DNA from: Torpedo marmorata
Taxonomy: Eukaryota
Length of the DNA: 64,000 nucleotides
Direction: 5' to 3'
Assembly: GCA_977017645.1 (NCBI GenBank)
Contig: OZ360225.1
Location: 30,008,001-30,072,000 of the forward strand
Part shown: piece by piece, positions 24,973 to 37,517 of the stretch
How the letters are laid out: every line of letters starts with the position of its first letter
Position numbering within the stretch: the first letter of the stretch is position 1
Made by a program: the position numbers and the translations under genes
Notes under the pieces: model-generated
What the model saw: the letters and a program-made list of their open reading frames with translations, nothing else
What the model was told of the DNA's origin: nothing
Databases searched by the model: none

Positions 24973-25919
24973 AGGTATGTAAGCAGTACACACAGGAATA
25001 AATAGCTTGTTACAAAAACTTGTTCTTTCAGTCAGTTTATGACTGAACTTCTAACACAACTATGCTTTTCCATGAATTTTCTCTAACACTTTTTCCCTAA
25101 ATTATTTCAATGACTGAGCATTTATAACTCCAACATTACTCGTCACCTTCAAGGAAGAAATGCATTCTCATTTGTGTCCTGAGAATATGATTCCCCTGGC
25201 TTAGACTTTTCTGCCATTGGAAACAACTTCTCACTATCAGTTCTGTCAGACGATAAGAATTTGTTTTGTTGTATATTGATTATATCACCTCTAAATTTCC
25301 TAAACTTCTGAAAATGCATGTCCATTCTTTTCAATCTTTCCTCATATGATAGCTCTATCGACCCAGGAAGCAATCTGGTGAATTGTTGTTGTATCCCATC
25401 GAAATTGAGTAGACTTACCATTGGGTAAATGATCAAAAATTGCCCTCAGCTACCATCAGTAACTCAATTGGTAGTACCCTGAGACTGAAGACTTAAATCC
25501 CTCTCCAGAGATTTGAGAAGAAAAATCAAAGCTGACAGTCCATTGCAGTAGTATCAATTCTGAGGCCTGCTCGATGTAAAAAAAAAAAGTATCAAAATCA
25601 CTTGCTCTAGGAAGAGACTGTCAGTTATAGCAGCTATTCTGGCCAATATGTATCCCTCAATCAAAATGACCAAAGCAGGTTATCTTTCGCTATCACTAAA
25701 GAAGCAGTACATCCCAGGGTACTGAAAGAAATGGTGGAAGTTATAGGAGAGACTTTTGTGATAATTTACCAAAATTCTCTAGGGAAACCCTGGCGGATTG
25801 GAAGACAGCATATGTCACACCACTGTTTAAAAATAGATGTCAGCAAAAGGCAGGTAACTAAGCCAGTTAACAATGTCTGCAGTCAGGAAAATGTTTAAAG
25901 CTATCATTAAGGAAGAAAT

Positions 25920-26462
25920 GGCAAGACTATACTTTGAGAGGTGTTTGAGGAGATTCGGTTTATCACCGAAGACTCTCGAAAACCTCTGCAGGTGTACTGT
26001 GGAGAGCATTCTGGCTGGTTGCATCGCTGTCTGGTACAGAGGTGCCAATGCTCAGGACAAGAAAAAACTCCAGAGGGTCGTTAACTCGGCCTGCGACATC
26101 ACGGGCATCAGTCTTCACTCCATCGAGGACATCTACAAGAGGCGGTGTCTTAAGAAAGCAGCCTCTATCCTCAAGGACCCCCACCACCCAGGCTATGCCC
26201 TCTTCACTCTGCTACCATCAGGAAAAAGGTACAGGAGCCTAAAGACGAGCACTCAGCGGCACAAGGACAGCTTCTTCCCCGCTGCCAACAGATTCCTGAA
26301 TAATCAATGAACCAAAGACACTGCCTTACTTTGTTTGACTTTTTGTGCACCATTTTTAAATTTATTTTTGTAAAGTGGTTTATATGAATGTTTGCACTGT
26401 GATGCTGCCGCAAAACAACGAATTTCGTGACTTGTTCATGACAATAAATTCTGATTCTGATA
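25920..26462 (+). mobile_element. Rex1/Babar LINE 3' fragment inserted in a degenerate CR1 (~25680-26700)
   Basis: ORF 25873-26310 C-terminal motifs and an AATAAATTCTGATTCTGAT tail; flanks encode CR1 RT motifs ('GFRKGKSCLTN...DVVYLD'). Confidence 0.8.
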
Positions 26463-26863
26463 CATGGAGAGAAATTGTTCCATCAGGCATATGCAGTATG
26501 GATTCAGAAAGGGCAAGTCGTGTCTGACAAATTTCCTCGAGTTATTTGAGGATATAGCAAACACAATGGATAAAAGGGAACAGGTAGATGTTGTATACTT
26601 AGATGTCCAGAAGGTGCTCGATAAGGTGCTGCATAAAAGACATTAATAAGATTGGATGGATGGAGTTGAGGGTAATGTATTAGCATAGATAGAGGATTAA
26701 TGATCCATTTGAAGCAGAGCGTACCCCTCCTAATAGAGAGCTGTCTTTCTTGGCCCTCTGCCCTCTCCTGTTGTCACTTATCAGTTTCTTTCTCTTCTAC
26801 CATCCCACTTGTATCCACCTCTTGCCTCCTACCTACTAGCCTACCTTCCTCCCTCCCCCCCAT

Positions 26864-27424
26864 TGTGAGTGAGGAAACAGGTTTGGTGGGTCTCAAAGGC
26901 AAGGACTCTAGACACACAGTTTTGGTAGTAAAGGATTTTATTTACAGAAGGCAAAACTTGGGGGAGTGGCAGTAGAGGCAATACACACACACATATGCAC
27001 AATTTACAGCAGCCATGGGAAAATAGTAGCGGCGATAGAACAACGCGCAGTTTAATAGCGATCGTGAGGAAAAGTCAGGACGGCAATAAGCAACGCGCAC
27101 AGTTTAATAGCGATCGTGGGAAAATCACATGGGAACAAAGTACACACACACATACAACCAAGGGAAAAGTCAATACGACACCTGCCACCCCTGGAGGGTC
27201 CAGCCCAGGTATTTTACTGGGGGCCAATGGCAAGGTGTCAGGAAGGTTAATCCAATTACAAAGGCCAATGGCCCAAGGCCAAGTACGAAGGAATTTAAAG
27301 TGTCCAATGGCAAGGTGTGCACTGATTGGTGGGGCGGGGCCAAACCTTGATTGGCAGGTGGTGTGTCTTCCGATTAGGTAGGGGGCAGTGCTGTCATGTG
27401 ACAGCCAGGACCCTTCCCAATACA
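26864..27424 (-). mobile_element. Putative solo LTR inside a Penelope fragment (~26715-27535)
   Basis: TG...CA ends, AATAAA on the minus strand near 26938, CCAAT/GC-box-like motifs and an internal tandem duplication; no clear TSD. Confidence 0.35.
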
Positions 27425-28385
27425 CCCCCCCCCCAACTTTTTATTCAGATGACTGCCTTATTTTCTGCACAACTGAAGAAGGGCTCAGCCCCGAACCATC
27501 GACTACCTTTTACTTTCTATGGATGCTGAGTGACTTTTAACTGTCTGTTTGCAGCCTCTTCACATCTTCCTCATAGCTTCCTTTCGTACTAAGTTTTCTA
27601 TCATTAGTAATCTTTGATGTATTGCACTCGACCGGTAAACTAAGTCATTGAAATAAATTACAAGTAAGTGAAACCCAAGCATAGATCAGACCAGAGACAG
27701 TTGTTTACTGTGTTTTGAAAATACAAGTTCATAGCACCTCTCTTTTCTGTCAATTAAATAACCAGCTATTCATTCCAACACACTTCTGCCAATTTCATGA
27801 AACCTAATCTTAAGTGACGGCATTTTGGCACAATACTGAAAATCAATATGTGCTATATCCACTGGCTTCTTGGTCAACCCTACTTGTTATACCCTCAATA
27901 CTTTTAACACTATTACTTGCACTATAATGTTTAATCTATAATTTATTTTACCAGCAACTTTTTTTTTAATATTGTTATCGACTTCATTCAGTACACACTG
28001 ACCTTTTAATGAAGAAACGTTAAGCTGTATTTCGATAATAAAGTTTTGCGAAGTTGTTTTTTGGTACATTTACCCTGAATGTCACGTGCAGGGGAAAATG
28101 TAGCAAGAATGCATGCATCTGATCATTTGGTTAAAATATGATACTCTCCATAGTGAAAAATGGTAACTTAGCAAGTTAGAAGGAAGTGGAATAGCTGCAG
28201 TTGTTTGCAAGAAATGTGTGCTGTGGGGAAAATGTTTAAAGGACTTCTGGGAGAATAAGAATATTATCCAAACTATTGATCTTTTAAAAAAGAAAATGCA
28301 CTGATTATTAAGTTTCCTAAATTTCTTATGAATGAAATAACTGATAGTGGGATTGACCGCTAACCTTGCCTTGTTTTTATTTCAG

Positions 28386-28509
28386 TTCTATGCGCCTTGG
28401 TGTGGCCACTGCAAGAAACTGGAACCCATCTGGGATGAGGTAGCTTCTGAAATGCATTCCATAGGGTCCCCGGTGAAAGTTGGGAAGATGGATGCCACAG
28501 TTTATGCAG
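28386..28509 (+). CDS. TMX3: TMX3 coding exon 4 (thioredoxin active site [16 protein letters not shown]...KMDATVYA)
   Basis: TTTCAG acceptor, GTGAAC donor, 124 nt; near-identical to human [38 protein letters not shown]. Confidence 0.96.
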
Positions 28510-30334
28510 GTGAACTGTTCAGTGAATAATTGGTCCACATCTTTTTGACAAAAAAACAATTAAAATGACTATCTAAGAAATCCAACCTACAAAAAAATTG
28601 ATAAATTAAAAATAACCAATACTAAAGTTCCCCCATAAGAATCCCTTTTCCTAAGCATCTGGGGTGCTTAGCTGTAGGAATCAAAGATGGTTCCATATTG
28701 TAATTAAAACAATGTCATTAACTTTTTATTGCATGATAATATAGGTGTTTTAGAGATGATTTAATCTTGTATACTTGTAATCTTTTTCACTTCTGGATAA
28801 TCTTAGACAAAACCTATTCAGTTTATTTATAAATATAGCAGAAGTTGGAAATCTGGAATTAAAGCAAAGCTGGAAATATTTGAGTCACACAGCATCTATG
28901 GAGAGAAATAGAGTTGACATTTTAGATGATCCTTTCATCAGAATTGGGGAAAGCGACAGATAGTAAGTTTAATGATACTGAGGTAAGGGAGATGAAAATA
29001 AGTAAAGGGAGATCTATGATGTGAAGGCCCGAGGTATTTGTTGTCTATATTAAGGTATTGAGTGCACTGTACCCAAATTTGCTGCTGATGGAAAGATCAG
29101 TGGTGGTTACAAGTTCTGAAAAGGGTAGAATGAACAAGTGACCAAAGGGATAATCGAATAAATGGTATAAATTCACAGATTATTCGATATCAAAAGGTTG
29201 GTCAGTAGAAGTTGTAATTGGGAGAAACAGAATGAGATGAGAATTTGCTACAAGAAAAATGAGTGCTTGAAATGCTGGTTATCTGAAATTGTTGAACTGT
29301 TGATTCAATCCAGAAGTCTTTAATGTGCCCATTTAGAAAATGAAATGTTGTTCCTCGAGTTGTTATTGTTAAGCTTTAGAATAATGTAGGGGTCCAAGGA
29401 TAGATGGCAGAATAGGAATGGGATAGCAAATTAAAGTGACAGGCAAACTAGAGTCTCTGACTCTAGTTTGTGAACTGGATGAAGGAGTTTTGCAAAGTGG
29501 TTAACGCATCTATGTTCAGTTTTTCTAAGGTGGCTGATTTTGAGCAATTTGTGGAGCTCTGTTACAATGGTGCTACAAACTGGAGACCTTCTGTTTGAAA
29601 CCATTCATGTGTACTGTATTTAATGGCTGAACATTATTTACATCATCCAAATGAAATGCCATAATAACGGGTATATAAAAAGAGAAGCTAAAATAAATCT
29701 TGGTACCTTAGAGGATAAGACTGGGGAATTGGGAAGGGGATAACTGAATAATCACATTCACAGTTAAAGGAGTGAAAAAACATTCCAGTGATAATAGATA
29801 AGCAAGTGATTAATAGGAAAGAGGAACTTGTCCATCTCCATCAATCTTCATCACTGCAGAGAAAGTACTCGGCAAATCAATGGGGCCTGGCCTTCATTTC
29901 TCAGATCTTGAAGGAATGACTGAAGAGGTTGTAATCTACCAAAATTCCCAAGATGCATGTTGGCACGTGACAATAAATTTGAATTTGAGATTATCGAGTA
30001 GTCCCAGAGGATTGGAAAACTGCATTTGCAACATAACCTCACTTAGGTAGGAGGGGTGTGGGGAGTAGATTTCAGCAAGCTGGAAATTATGCGCCAATTA
30101 GCCAATCAGAGAAAATCAGGACTTTTGGAAAATGTGATCAGGTTGAGTCAACATGATTTTATAAAAGGGAAATCTAGTTTGACAGATTTGCGAGTGTATG
30201 AGGATGTAACAAACAGGCTGGATAAAGGGGATTAAATATAGCATATTTGGACTTTCAGAAGCATTTGATAAGGTCCCACATAAAGGTCACTACACAAGAT
30301 AAGAATGGAGTAATAGGATGACAGAGACAAAGAT

Positions 30335-30830
30335 AAAACACGAAAGTCTGCAGACACCGTGGTTGAAGTAAAAGCACAATGCTGGAGACACTCAGCAGGT
30401 CAAACAGTGTACTTTATATAGCAAAGACGAAGATACATAACCCACGTTTTGGGCTTGAGCTCTTCATCAAGGTATGGAAAAATGTTGGCAGGAGTCCGAA
30501 CAAAATGGTGGGGGGGAGGGGTGGGGGGAGTAGCATGGTCTCAAAGGCAGGAAGTAATAGGTGGATAAGGGAGGGAGGGCACAGCAGCAAGCAGGGGGAG
30601 GAGGGATGGCTCGGTGAATAGAGAGGGAAGGGGGTGGAGATCTGGGGGAAAGAAGACATAGAGAAAGGAAAGGGAGGGGGGAAGGAGAGTAGGTTAGCAG
30701 TAACTGGAGAAGTCAATGTTAATGCCATCCGGCTGGAGAATGCCCAGATGGAAAATCAAGTGTTGTTCCTCCAATTTATGGGTGGTCTTGGTGGGATAGT
30801 ACATGAGGCCATGGACAGACATGGGAGTGG
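30335..30830 (-). mobile_element. Penelope-like 3' fragment
   Basis: Same pLTR end as 3860-3925; hammerhead-like motif at ~30440-30472. Confidence 0.75.
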
Positions 30831-31287
30831 GATGCAGAGACAAAGGACTGGCTTATTTATAGAAATCACAATCATGATAAATGGGTCATTTACAGAATAG
30901 CAATTCCCATACCTATCGGGTGTCACAGGGATTGGTGCTGGATACCCAAGTATTTACAATCTATATTCATGACGGATTAAGGGATTGAGCACACTGTTGC
31001 CGAATTTGCTGATGATGGAAAGATTAGGGGGGTTACAAGTCCTGAGTGGCATGTACAGAGCCTGCAGAGATTGGTGGGTGAAATGAGTGGGCACAACAGA
31101 ATGTTATGTGGGAAAATGTATCAAAGAAAGAATGAAAGAACATTTTTATTTTAATGGATTGAGATGACAAAATATTAAGGATCTGGGAGGTTCTAATATA
31201 TGAAGCACAAAAAATTAACATGCAGGTACAGTGAATAATTAGGAAGGCCAATGGAATTTTGGCTTTTATTGAAACAGTTGTATAAAG

Positions 31288-31608
31288 CAGCCATTCTCGA
31301 CTTTTTTTGGCTATGGCCCCCTTTGAACTCTGCTCAAAGTTTATGGAAGTAAAACACGAAAGTCTGCAGACACCATGATTGAAGTAAAAACACAATGCTG
31401 GAGAAACGCAGAGATAAAGATACATAACCAACGCTTTGGGCTTGAGTTTATGGGCCCCCTTCCCTGTGAAGCAGTCAAGTTTAGTTGGTTTCTTCTGCAC
31501 TTCTCTCTTACCGACTACATTAAAAAAAAAATGATTTCAGTCTGTGGCTCCCCCTTCAATGTGCTGTGGCCCCCAGGGGGGCTGTATGGCCCCAATTGAG
31601 AATAGCTG
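31288..31608. mobile_element. hAT-type MITE containing a short Penelope-derived fragment
   Basis: TIRs CAGCCATTCTC / GAGAATAGCTG; 8-bp TSD GTATAAAG / GAATAAAG (7/8 match). Confidence 0.65.
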
Positions 31609-32949
31609 GAATAAAGATAGTCAAATTTTGAAGAAACTTTACAAGGCACAGGTGAGACCATGTCCAGAGTATTGCATACAGGATTGATCTTGTATTTAAG
31701 GAAGGATGTCCTTGCACAGAGTTGATGCAGAAAAGGTTCCCTATTTCCTGGAATGAATGGGTTGATGGAAGAAGAGCGATTGTGTATCTCTGGCTTGTAC
31801 TCTTTGAAACTTGAAAGAAAAGAAATGTTATTTTATCAAAATATAAGATTCTGAGCAGTATTGACAGTGCAGATGTGAAGGGAATGTTTCTTCTGTTGGG
31901 AAACACAGCATAGTTTCAGAGTAAGGATTCACCTATTTGAAATATAAGTGAGAAGGAGTTTCTTCTGAGGGTCATAACATGTGGGATTCTATACTGACAG
32001 AGACAGAATCCAGGATGAGCTTGACAGATGTTTTAATTCATGCGATGTGAATGAGGGATGCACGTTTTTGAAGCCAAGAATTGGGTGAGCTGTGACCTTC
32101 CTGAATGGCAGAGGTGGCTCAAGGTATTGATTGGCCTATTTCTGCACGTGCTGCTGTTTCCTGTGTTCTTATGTTCTTGTCTCCTGGAAATTCGTGTTTA
32201 TTTTCCTCCAAGAGCAGGAGTTGTTGATTGTAGTGTCCCACGTGCTCCGTTTTGAAACTTTGAGACTAAATGCAACAACTTCATGTCCATTTTTGAACCA
32301 GGCTATGTAACATTTTCCTCATTTGTAACAAACCTACATGAAGATGTAAATATCCCTCCTGTACTTGCATTCATCAGTGGTCCATGCATTATTCTTGGTG
32401 AAAGGTCCAAACAGGTCCTGTCTACCACCAGGCATCTTGTATACAAGGTTGTCCTTGATGGAGCAAATCACCACTTGCTGCTTTGGATAAAATATGATAT
32501 TATAAGAGTGGAATATGACCTTTTTAAAGATGGAAGAAACACTCTTTACAGTCCTACTCGACTGCCTGCCCTGTCAGCTGGAAATTGCTCTTTGGCCACT
32601 AAGTCTGCACCAACTATCAACCACCCAGTACGTTAATCCTACATTAAAAACATAGAAATGCTGGAGGAACTCAGCAATCCCACCAGCATTTCAGTGTTTT
32701 TACTACAATCACAGCGTCTGCAGACTTTCGTGTTTCACGTTAATCCTACATTGTTCCTTTTTTGTTCTCCCATCAGCTCTCCACAGATTTGCGCGTGCAC
32801 ACACAATATACTCTCGTAGGATCCACTTTTTGCCTCTCGTGTGTGCTGCCCAATGGCATCTTTTACAAGCCAGTCGAGTACCACAGCTGTTTACATTTTT
32901 GAAGTATAGAAATACGCGAGGATTAAGCAATTCGGCCCATCAAGCCTAC

Positions 32950-35222
32950 GATAGACAATAGGTGCAGGAGTAGGCCATTCGGCCCTTCGAGCCAGCACCA
33001 CCATTCATTGTGATCATGGCTGATCATCCACTATCAGTACCCCGTTCCTGCCTTCTCCCCATATCCCTTGACTCCGCTATCTTTAAGAGCTCTATCTAAC
33101 TCTTTCTTGAAAGCATCCAGAGAATTGGCCTCCACTGCCTTCTGAGGCAGAGCATTCCACAGATCCACAACTCTCTGGGTGAAAAAGTTTTACCTCAACT
33201 CCGCTCTAAATGGTCTACCCCTTATTCTTAAACTGTGGCCTCTGGTTCTCGACTCCCCCAACATCGGGAACATGTTTCCTGCCTCTAGTGTGTCCAATCC
33301 CTTAATAATCTTATATGTTTCAATCAGAACGCCTCTCATCCTTCTAAATTCCAGTGTATTCAAGCCCCATCGCTCCAATCTTTCAACACATGACAGTCCC
33401 GCCATCCCGGGAATTAACCTCGTGAACCTACGCTGCATTCCCTCAATAGCAAGAATGTCCTTCCTCAAACCTGGAGACTAAAACTGCACATAATACTCCA
33501 GGTGTGGTCTCACCAGGGCCCTGTACAACTGCAGAAGGACCTCTTTGCTGTTATACTCAACTCCCCTTGTTGTGAAGGCCAACATGCCATTAGCTTTCTT
33601 CACTGCCTGCCATACCTGCATGCTTACTTTCAGTGACTGATGAACAAGGACACATAGATCTCGTTGTACTTCCCCTTTTCCTAACTTGACACCATTCAGA
33701 TAGTAATCTTCCTCCCTGTTCTTGCCACCAAAGTGGATAACCTCACATTTATCCACATTAAACTGCATCTGCCATGCATCTGCCCACTCACCCAACCTGT
33801 CCAAGTCATCCTGCATTCTCATTACATTCTTCTCACATTTCACACTGCCACCCAGCTTCGTGTCATCTGCAAATTTGCTAATGTTACTTTTAATCCCTTC
33901 ATCTAAATCATTAATGTATATTGTAAACAGCTGTGGTCCCAGCACCGAACCTTGCGTTACCCCACTAGTCACTGCCTGCCATTCTGAAAGGGACCCGTTA
34001 ATCCCTACTCTTTCCTGTCCGCCAACCAATTTTCTATCCATGTCAGTACCCTACCCCCAATACCATGTGCTCCAATTTTTCCCACTAATCTCCTATGTGG
34101 GACCTTAACAAAGCCTTTCTGAAAGTCCAGGTACACTACATCAACTGGCTCTCCCTTGTCCATTTTCATAGTTACATCCTCAAAAAATACCAGAAGATTA
34201 GTCAAGCATGATTTCCCCTTCATAAATCCATGCTGACTCGGACCGATCCTGTTACTGATATCCAAATGTACCGCTATTTCATCTTTTATAATTGACTCCA
34301 GCATCTTCAGCACTGATGTCAGGCTAACTGGTCTATAATTCCCTGTTTTCTCTCTCCCTCCTTTCTTAAAAGGTGGGATAACATTAGATACCCTCAAATC
34401 CGCAGGAACTGATCCTGAATCTATAGAACATTGGAAAATGATTACCAATGCGTCCATGATTTCTGGAGCCACCTCTTTAAGTACCCTGGGATGCAGACCA
34501 TCAGGCCCTGGGGATTTATCAGCCTTCAGTCCCATTAGTCGACCCAACACCATTTTCTGTCCAATGTGAATTTCCTGTCCAATGTGAATTTCCTTTAGTT
34601 CCTCCGTTACCCTAGGTCCTCTGTCCACTATTACATTTGGGAGGTTGTTTGTGTCTTCCCTAGTGAAGACAGATCCAAAGTACCTGTTCAACTCTTCTGC
34701 CATTTCCTTGTTCCCCATAATAATTTCACCCGTTTCTGTCTTCAAGGGCCCAACTTTGATCTTAACTAATTTTTTCCTCTTCACATACCTAAAGAAGCTT
34801 TTACTATCCTCCTTTCTATTCTTGGCTAGCCTACCTTCGTACCTTATCTTTTCTCCCTGTATTGCCTTTTTAGTTATCTTTTGTTGCTCTTTAAAAGTTT
34901 CCCAATCCTCTGGCTTCCCGCTCATCTTTGCTGTGTTATACTTCTCTTTTATTTTTAGTACTGTCCTTGACTTCCCTTGTCAGCCACGGTCGCCCCTTAT
35001 TCCCCTTAGAATCTTTCTTCCTCTTTGGAATGAACTGATCCTGCACCTTCTGTATTATTCCCAGAAATACCTGCCATTGTTGTTCCACTGTTATCTCTGC
35101 TAGAGTATCTTTCCAGTCAACTTTGGCCAACTCCTCCCTCATAGCTCCATAGTCCCCTTTGTTCAACTGCAATAATGACACTTCCGATTTTCCCTCCTCC
35201 CTCTCAAATTGTAGATTAAAAC
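32950..35222 (-). mobile_element. CR1 (HER1-like) LINE, 5'-truncated, with RT region
   Basis: ORFs 33190-33468, 33478-34041, 34005-34925 and 34936-35232 carry CR1 motifs (KSPGPDGLHP, GKSCLTNL, QGSVLGP, SKFADDTKL). Confidence 0.9.
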
Positions 35223-37517
35223 TGTTATTCAATATGGTTATGGATGTTCATCCAAATTCAATGTCCTGTTCCTGCTTTCTCCCCATATCTTGAATCTTTA
35301 TAGTCATAAAAATTATATTTAAATCTGAAAATATTGAATGATTTGGTATCATTTACCTTCTGTAATGGAAAATTCCACAGGTTCACCACTCTTTGGGTAG
35401 ATATTTCTCCTCCCTTTATTCAAAATGGTTTACCCCGTGCCCTTGTTGTCTTAATGGTTGATTCTATTCTCACCCTAACCTCGCCACCAGGAACATTCTT
35501 CCTCCATCTGGTCTATCCAAATTCCTCAGGATTTTAAATGTTTCAGAGGGCCATTCACATTCTTCTAAATTCTTGTTAAAAACAAACCTATTCGTCACAA
35601 TCACTCTTTTTATTAGTTCTGCTACCAGGAATCAGTTAGTAAACCTTCATTGCAACCCCTCCGTAGCATAAACATTCTTCCTCGCAAGCAGGCGAAATCT
35701 GCACACAGTGCACAAGGAGTGATCTTGCCGAGACCCTGAATAATTGCAATAGGGCACCCCTGGTCCTGTACTCATGTCCTCTCACTGTGAAGCTCAACAG
35801 AACATTTGCCACTTTAACTATCTTCACATTAATCTGGATTATGATCATAATCCTGAAGAAAGCTCTTTTGTTTAGCACTGAGTTATGAATTTCTTATTTT
35901 TTTAATGATGCTAATTCCTTCCAGCATGAAACTTTCAAATTGTTTCCACAAATCTTTGGAACATAAGAATGGAATATACTACTGTATAGAATGCTGTCTG
36001 AATAAATCACAACCCATGCAATTGAGTAGGAAGTAGAACCAAAGAAAACTGTGATTTGAAATATTTACTCATCTAGTACGTTGACCTCTGATGTAAATTT
36101 ACGTAAAATTGTGTTATTTTGGTCCAAAGATTTGTTACCATTGCCAGTTGCATGTGTACGAAGATTAATTTTTTAAAAATCAGCTTTTGAAATCCTGTAA
36201 GGCCACAAAACATGACGACGTTATTAAACTTCAAATTACAATACCAGTATTCTGTCACTTAAAACAGTCAGAGTTTCACAGCACAGAAACTGACCCTTCG
36301 CCCCAACATGGCTACCCAAGCCAGTCCCATTTGTCTGCATCCGCCCTGCATCCTTCTCAACTATTCCTATTCATGTCACTGCCGAAATGTTTTTTTTTAA
36401 ACATTACAGTTGTACCTCGCTCTACCACTCCCTCCGGCAGTTTGTTCCATATGCCAGAGTTCCTTTCAAATCTTTCTCTTCTCATCCTAATCATTGTTGC
36501 CTACTTTTACATTTGTGTGCCCTGGAAAAAATGATAATGACAATCTACCTCTGTGATGCTCACGAGGTTTCCCCCCCTCCCCCCCAGCAGACTCTTGTGC
36601 TCTAGGAAAAGTCCCAGCATATCTACCCTCTCCTTATATTTCAAGCCTGTTGTAATATGCTGATGAATATTTTCTGCACTCTTTCTAATATCTTTCCAAA
36701 AGCTGGGTGCACAATACTACAAGTGTGGTCTTACCAATATCTTAGACAGTTGTAACATGACATCCTGCTCCTCTACCCATTGCCCTGACTGATGAAGACA
36801 AAATCTACCTATGTCACCACTTTCGTGGAATTGTGTAATGGTCTCTCTGTTCTACAACACTCTCCCAGACCTATTTACTGTGCAAGCCCTGCCCAGGTTT
36901 AATCTACCAAAGTGCAGCACCTCGCACTTGTCAGAGTTCAATTCCATCTGCCATTTCTTGGCCCACTTTCCCAGTTCATCTAGAATCAGTTATAACCTCA
37001 AACAACCTCCTTCACTGTCCACTACATTACTGGTTTTGGGTGTCATCTGCAAAACTACTGATCATGCTGACTACATTGTCATCTATATTCATAGAACCAT
37101 AGAACATTACAGCACAGAAACAGGCCCCTTTGGCCTTTCTGGTCTGTGCCAAACCATTTTTCTGCCTAGTCCAACTGACTTGCACAGTCCATATCCCTCC
37201 ATACCTCTCCCATCCATGTACCTGTCAAAATTCTTCTTCTTTTTTTTAAAATATTTTATTTAAATTTTTAAATCACACATTACATAAAATAGTTTTGCAT
37301 ATAATTCTTAAAAAATACATGTGATTACATTTTCTCACCCCCCCTTCCCACCCTCCCCTCCCTAACCCCTATATCCCCCTAATCTAAATTTAAAATAAAA
37401 TAAAATAATAAAAGAAAAAAGAAAGAAAAGGTAGAAAAATAGAATGAGGAGTTGATAAGCTTAAAAACTAATATATCTTAGAGGTTATTTCGCCAGCGGA
37501 TCTGATATCCAGAGAGT

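Larger units (their letters stand above)
29600..32140 (+). mobile_element. Old degenerate CR1 LINE with nested insertions
   Basis: Remnants 'LDFQK.FDKVPH', 'FADD' (~31005) and a CR1 3' region. Boundaries approximate. Confidence 0.6.

Noticed and set aside
28347-28529. 60-aa ORF containing WCGHC as a stand-alone thioredoxin
   Set aside because: It is TMX3 exon 4 plus intronic read-through.
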